Virus record (IMG/VR): IMGVR_UViG_3300045988_071280
Origin: a virus
DNA length: 64,000 bases
Reading direction: 5' to 3' (one strand)
Translations under genes and position numbers: made by a program
The notes under the pieces: generated by a model
Seen by the model: only the letters and a program-made list of their open reading frames with translations
Databases searched by the model: none
Told to the model about the DNA's origin: nothing
Part shown: positions 58,286-64,000 of the stretch, one piece after another
Numbering within the stretch: position 1 is the first letter of the stretch
Layout: every line of letters begins with the position of its first letter

Positions 58286-59353
58286 TTAATTAAAATATTT
58301 AAGTTTATATTTCATTTCTGGAATAATATAAGGTAATATCAATTCTTCGAAGTGTTTTCTGCTTTTCTCTTTGATATAAAAAAGATTCCAATTTTTGTCT
58401 TTTACAATTCGAATAGTGGTTTCAATATTAAATTTAGTTAATAACCACTTAGATAGTAGACTACATTCCTGTAAAGTAAAGGAACATGTAGCAATAGTCC
58501 CATTCGAACTCCCATCATCCATAAACCAATAAGCCAATGCTATTGGATGATAGATTTTGGATAGATACTCTTCTGTAACAGTTTTTACTTTATTTATATA
58601 AAGAATGTCATATATATTAGTGAATATGGGATGACTATAACTATTTCCTCTATACGTTTGATAAACATTTCCAGTTCTCGAATCTGGGGAAGGTGTTTCT
58701 AATCTATATGCTCCCATAAATTCCCCTAATATCTCAACCTTCTTCATAAATAACGCCTTTTGTTTGACGGAATGTACTATTGTTAGTCTTGAATTATTAT
58801 GTCTATTACTCTGTGGATGTGATAAATTTAAATCTCCTAAAAGAGAACCTAAAATCATTTGTTCCTGTTCTTCCGTTAGAGAGACATCTAATTGAGAGAA
58901 ATATCTTTGTTGTTTCAAATTTAATATTCCTCTATGTCTCCTAACAGTAGGAATAGAACAATTAAAATATTCAGCTAATTGTTCATCGGAATATCCAGAC
59001 TCAAATAGGTCTATTAATTCTGGATATTGATCTTCTGTAATAGACTTTAAAGATCTAGGTTGTATTCCTAATTTTCTAAGATGAAATCCTATAGTTTTCC
59101 CACTTTTACCTAGAATTTTTCCTATCTCTTCTGCTGTTTTTCCTTCTTCATAAAGAGATTTTATTTTTTCTAAATATTCCTTATCTACTCTAGTTTCACC
59201 TTTTCTAGATCTTCTAGTTACATTAGCTTTTCTTAAAATGTCCTGAATTGTTCTAGGGTTTTTTCCTTCTTTTTCAGCGATTTCTTTTGCTTCTAATCCT
59301 GAGTTGTACATATCTACAACTCTTTGAATGTATTCTTCACTACGTTTTTGCAT
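58286..59353 (-). CDS. LAGLIDADG homing endonuclease with three N-terminal HTH repeats
   Basis: ILGSLLGDLNL and AYWFMDDGS motifs, with repeated ..EIAEKEGKNPRTIQDILRKANVTRRS-type HTH units. Confidence 0.8.
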   Translation of the reverse strand: MQKRSEEYIQRVVDMYNSGLEAKEIAEKEGKNPRTIQDILRKANVTRRSRKGETRVDKEYLEKIKSLYEEGKTAEEIGKILGKSGKTIGFHLRKLGIQPRSLKSITEDQYPELIDLFESGYSDEQLAEYFNCSIPTVRRHRGILNLKQQRYFSQLDVSLTEEQEQMILGSLLGDLNLSHPQSNRHNNSRLTIVHSVKQKALFMKKVEILGEFMGAYRLETPSPDSRTGNVYQTYRGNSYSHPIFTNIYDILYINKVKTVTEEYLSKIYHPIALAYWFMDDGSSNGTIATCSFTLQECSLLSKWLLTKFNIETTIRIVKDKNWNLFYIKEKSRKHFEELILPYIIPEMKYKLKYFN

Positions 59354-59386
59354 AAAATTTTATTTGATTAAAAATTATTATTTATG

Positions 59387-59394
59387 CAAATATA
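59387..59394 (-). promoter_or_regulatory. candidate -7 promoter element for the intron endonuclease
   Basis: TATATTTG on the minus strand, 33 nt upstream of ATG 59353. Confidence 0.35.
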
Positions 59395-59451
59395 GATATT
59401 ATATTTTATTATTCCTAATGATTTCAATAAATATTTTGACGGCTTTGGATC

Positions 59452-60507
59452 AGTTGCTGCCGAGATTAAACTTGAGATAACGAGAGATTTGTCTTCTTGA
59501 AATCTATTTTGTGTAAGATCTATTGCATCTTTCACACTAATACTTTTATCTCTAGCTTCATTTAAAAGATCATATACAAACTCAATATCATCAAGATTAA
59601 TGTTAGCCAAACTATTTGTGAATAATTTAATGAGTTCCCCATCACTCTTCCCTTCATTTCCAGGAATATTTTTATAAATCTCAAAAACATTATTGAAATA
59701 TAAATTTGATTTTAATAAATCTTCTACAGTCAATCCTTTTTCAGCTAATTTTCTTATTTCCTGATTAAAGTACTGAGTTGCAGCTAAAAATACTTTTTGT
59801 CCTACAGCACTTATACCAATAACCTCTTTTCCAGCCATATTTTCGAAGAATAAGTTCCATTTAACAGACGGACAAAAATCAGTAACTGTTTTTGCATAAG
59901 CTCCAGCTTCTGATTTAGCAGCAGCAGCTTGTGGATCTCCCATACTAATAGGTGATTCAGCAGCTACAAGATTTTTAAAGTTATCGGAGATCTGATATAT
60001 CTTATTATATACGAAATTCTTTGTAGCGGATAAAAGTTTATTTGGACTTATTTCTTTAAGGTGTCTAGATATATCAATATCTAAATTCTCTATCATATTT
60101 GATATAAGTATTCTGGCACTTTCTATATCCTCATTCCTTGATTTATCATCTGAATTTTCTTTTATATAATTTAAATCATTAACTAAATCAGGATTGTAAT
60201 ATAATTGTATATTAGTTTGTTTGAATCTATCTACCTTATTTAAAACGTCTACAGCTAATTTTAATCTAGTATTATCCCCATCATATTCTCCGTTTAAGAT
60301 AGATGAGATTTCAGAAGTTATATCTATATAAGGTATTTCCGGATTTATTTCAGAAGTTATTGTATATTTTAAATCTGAATTTGGAAATGGTAATTGTTTT
60401 GAGAGTTCAAATGATTCATTATCTCTATAATTAAATAACGATGACCATGCTTCATAAATTCCATTTTTATTTATTAAAGGCATTGTCATGTAGACTTTAT
60501 CAATATC
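59452..60507 (-). CDS. giant RNA polymerase-like protein, exon 2 (about 352 aa)
   Basis: Starts DIDKVYMTMPLINK immediately after intron-terminal G 60508. The 3' end is uncertain (see intron rnap-i2). Confidence 0.65.
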
Positions 60508-60844
60508 CGTTTGACCTTTATATTTTCATATAAAGACTGACTATATCATCACTTTTAAAGTGCCTCCCGCTTCGGATTATTTAAATCCTACTCTACTAAG
60601 TTCTATTTAAATATTAAATAGCTTTTCGATAGTCGATGAACTTTTCTCTTATATAAGAGACTTAGCTGCGGATTACCCAATCTTAACACTTTTTACTGTA
60701 CTGAGGTAATTATTCTCACCATTTAAATATTACTATTTAAACTTAGTATATTAAGCTCTAAGGGATTTCCCGCAATTCAAGAGGTTTATTATAGTGATTA
60801 CAATTTTATACTGTCGTCTAACTCAAACTTAAAAATTTAGACCA
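60508..60844 (-). mobile_element. ORF-less group I intron rnap-i1 (337 nt)
   Basis: A perfect 9-bp P1 forms between exon AGTGATTAT (60853-60845) and GTAATCACT (60801-60793). Q GGGTAATCCGCAGCTAAG, R GTTCATCGACTATCG, S GATGATATAGTCAG. Ends ...GGTCAAACG|GATATT. Confidence 0.85.
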
Positions 60845-63800
60845 ATAATCACTACCTTCCAGCCATGTTTGATACAAGCTGACATAAGCTTCATTACTTT
60901 CTGCATCAGAAAATCCTACTACATCCATTGCCATAATAGACTGAAATGCTTGTGCAGGAATACGATTCGCTGTTATTTTTAAACTCTCAATAAATGATCT
61001 ATATATCTTCTTAGAATCTCTTTTGATTCTTTTATTTATGTAATTATTATATTTATCATTTAACTCTTCTATACTACTATTATCTATATCTAATTCTTCT
61101 CCCAATCTTGAATCTGTCATATTTATATAATCTCTTAACTCTTTAATATTATCAGAATTAAAATTATACCATATTCCTATATAATCGTCAGAAGAATTAA
61201 ATACATTAACTAAATTCCCTAAATTAGAAAGATCTACAACAATTACTTCTTGAACTATTCCATTACTAGTATCCTGATAAAAATGAAGTCCAGATGTTTT
61301 ATATACAGCTTCTCCATTTTCATTTAATCTCCATTCTTCTCCATCTATAACTTCTGTTAATATTTCTATTGGAGTTAGTGAAGATATATAATTTTCAGAA
61401 CTAGGCTTATTTATAATAATTCTAGTATTATCTAAACTATTCTTTAAAAATTCTATATCATTTGGAAGAGGATCTGATTTAGCTTTATTATATGTTCTTA
61501 ATAGTTTCTGTCTAAAGTACTCCCCATCACTATTAATAATATTCGCAATATTATCTCCAGTTCGTAATCCGAATATAGATTGATATACCTTAGATATTAC
61601 AGCCTGTGCTCTTTTTATATTTAAATCATGTATTCTTACTCCTTGAAGTCCTTCGCCAAATTCTATTATATCATTATTATCTATAATTGTTTGATATTCA
61701 GGCATTCTAGGATCTAATAACATAATATTCTCATCCAACAATCCAATGTATCTATTAACAAAGTGTTGAAGTGCTAGAATTTCCTCTTTAGATGCTTTAG
61801 ACTCTCTTAATCTAAACATATCTTCGATTATCGGATGGTCATAAATATTATATTTCTTATTTACTCCATCAATACTCCAAGTAGCTCTAAAAGGTTGAAG
61901 TTCTTTTCTGATTCCTTTTAAATTAGTTACTGTAGTATTTAAATTTCGATAATGTTTAAATTTATCATAAGTATTTATATCCACCTGTTCTCCGGTAGTA
62001 GGATCTAATATAATATCGCCAAACTCTATTAAATCCGTAGATATTTCTTGTGTTAAATTTCCTGTTTCTAAATATCTATCTAAACCAGATTTAAGAATAT
62101 TTCCATTTTCATCAGTAAAAGAATAATAACCAGCTTCATTAGCTATATGTATTAAATCTTCCTGAGAATAATACCCTCTTAAAACATTTCTATTAGAATC
62201 AAATAAATTCTCAGATCCATCAAAATAATAATGTTTTATAGATCCATAAGAAGGAATCATTACAGCTCCCATACCAGAGAAGGTTCTTTTAATACTATCA
62301 GAGTTCATTTTAGATGCTAACATAGTTATAAAAGAACTATTTATACTTCCGGAACTAAATGGAATTTTAAATCTTAAATCTCTAGCATTAAATAATTCAT
62401 TATTTAAATTCTCCTCAAACTCTCTTGCAGCTTCTTCTAAATAACCAGTAATTACTCCATCTCCAGAGCTCCCTTCGAAGGCTTTAATAGTTGCTTTAGC
62501 TAGAAGTTTATATAATAATGTTTTATTAGCTTCTCCTAATTCTGTAAGAGTTTCTAAGTTATTAGCTTGATTATGTGCTTCAAAATACTTCTTTAAAGTA
62601 GTATTTACTACAGAACCTAAAGCTCTATAAGCTGCATCAGCTAAATCTGATGTATATCCATTAGCTGCTAAAGTACTAATAATCTGAGTAGATTCAGTAA
62701 CAGTAGATAAATCAGCATGGTGATCTGCATCCATTTGAATACCCATGAATTGTGTACCAACTCTACCATAGGATAAAGGAGTATCATCGTATCTAGCACT
62801 AGCTGGATTTGTATTAAACGCTCCAACTTTTATTGATGTTCCATTTGCTAGATAATGTATATCAGAGTATTTAAGAGGTTGATATATATAATTCTGATCT
62901 AGTATTACTCTTAATTTTCTTTGTTCGTCTAATATATAACTAGAATCTTCTGGAATATTGTTAAATGTAAATGGAAGATCTTGTTTAGATATAATTGTAT
63001 TTAATAAATCTAAATCACCATTAACCATATTTAATAGATCTCTCTTAGTTATATAATATCCGGTTTTATTCATAAACTGTACTGTAGCATTTACAGAAGC
63101 CTCTCCTTTATCTCCGGAATTAGTTAAATAAGGATCTAAAGGATTAGAATTATCTAATGAATAAGAATACTCTCCACCTAGAGCTTTCCATAATTTATAA
63201 TTACTATCTATTACTACAGTTCTTGTTACATTTTTACTATTTTGAGTATCTCCTCCGTTTTTATTAACTCTTCGTTCTATAATATTATAAGTATTATTTC
63301 CTAGAGATTCTAAATCAATTATTCTATAATATTCTCCATTATTCGTATTATAATAATATAAATCCTCGGATATAATATCTCTAAGATGACGTTTATTACC
63401 ATTAAAATCTTGCATTAAATTAATAATAGGAACATCCCATTTTCTATCAGTCATTTTTTGCAACAATTTAACTTTCTCTGGAGACTTTCTCATTCGATAA
63501 TTAGTTATAGAGAATATAGCACATTTCATTAATAACCCATTACCAAATTCAGGATCTACATTATATCCAAAATTCTTTCTATTATATCCAGCACTAGAGC
63601 TAAACATTGAATTATTCTCTAATACATTCTGAAATGGATTACATTCCATAGAGCCATCTAATACCTTTACATTATCAGTCTCCCCAGAAGGATTAAATAC
63701 AGGAGCTTCTATATCTTTGATAATTGCTACATTTATAGTTGGAGTTGTTCCTTCTAATGCTTTTTGATAATAATTGTGTATAGTAGCTTGCATAGCAACC

Positions 63801-63997
63801 ATACGTTTATATTGAGCTAATAATCTATTAGCATGATCCCGGATAAAATATTCCGGATTTATAGATCCATCGGAATTTAAATAATACACACCTCTTAATT
63901 TAGATGGATGTGCATAAGGTTCTCCTACACTTACTTGAAGGAATTGGTTAGATAAGAACCCATCTAAAAAGAAATATTTTTCTAATATAGGATTCAA
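60845..63997 (-). CDS. giant RNA polymerase-like protein, exon 1 (N-terminus lies beyond the window)
   Basis: Open to the window edge. The C-terminal part NRIPAQAFQSIMAMDVVGF...SLYQTWLEGSDY resembles the catalytic double-psi beta-barrel leading into the metal-binding motif. Confidence 0.7.
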
Positions 63998-64000
63998 TTT

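Larger units (their letters stand above)
57963..59451 (-). mobile_element. group I intron rnap-i2 (about 1489 nt) with a LAGLIDADG endonuclease in the P1 loop
   Basis: Minus-strand core: Q-like GGATAATCCTGATCTAAG, R GAGCATCGACTAG (plus ~58109-58122), S TAAGATATAGTCAG (plus ~58021-58033). Ends ...TAACATAATTG|AATGCT. The 5' site is the best P1 fit (exon CAGCAACT with GGTTTGTTG, one bulge) but is ambiguous. Confidence 0.65.

Noticed and set aside
57963-59451. Alternative 5' splice sites for intron rnap-i2: after AAT 59398 (..KYN|), or after AAT within ATA AAT AAT AAT near 59380.
   Set aside because: Both give only 6-bp AU/GU-rich P1 helices. They would also place the TATATTTG endonuclease promoter partly in the exon. 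The site after ACT 59452 pairs 8 bp with the guide sequence homologous to that of rnap-i1. It remains unproven and is flagged as ambiguous.
1-64000. Group II introns, IS elements, integrase or prophage boundaries, retrons, DGRs, CRISPR arrays, rRNA and tRNA genes.
   Set aside because: No reverse transcriptase, transposase or integrase motifs, no repeat-spacer arrays and no cloverleaf or rRNA-like segments were seen. All sizeable non-coding gaps are accounted for by group I intron cores, promoters or terminators.

Overview
This window is visibly AT-rich, densely packed bacteriophage DNA. Positions 1-46645 form one plus-strand array of replication and nucleotide-metabolism genes. These include a family A DNA polymerase, DnaB-like helicase, AAA_24 ATPase, DUF669-like SSB candidate, Toprim primase, deoxyribonucleotidase, RecE/DUF3799-like nuclease and metallophosphoesterase. 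They also include an RTPR-like class II RNR, dUTPase, Dda/RecD-like helicase, ATP-dependent ligase, ThyX, an SLT-type lysozyme and many small unknown ORFs. A bidirectional hairpin terminator (46648-46690) marks a strand switch. The rest is a minus-strand array of giant genes: 1490 aa, 1397 aa and a gene of more than 2100 aa that runs off the window. The gene content, Bacteroidota-type TTTG-N19/20-TAnnTTTG promoters and a giant two-barrel-type RNA polymerase candidate suggest a crAss-like phage of a Bacteroidota host; this is inference only. The main result is that seven genes are interrupted by 12 group I(-like) introns. Six are ORF-less and six carry LAGLIDADG, HNH or GIY-YIG homing endonucleases. 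One LAGLIDADG intein is also present. Together these elements make up about 10.6 kb, roughly 16 percent of the window. Every insertion sits inside a catalytic or otherwise highly conserved protein motif. All 12 proposed 5' exons end in T and all 12 introns end in G. The RNA polymerase candidate only acquires its DxDxD metal-binding motif (DY|DID) after splicing. The RNR gene carries three introns plus an intein, and one intron and the intein are a single codon apart. Two introns in unrelated genes form a second, closely related family, which looks like recent ectopic spread. Splice sites were derived by eye from motif restoration, reading phase and P1 pairing. They have not been confirmed computationally or experimentally.
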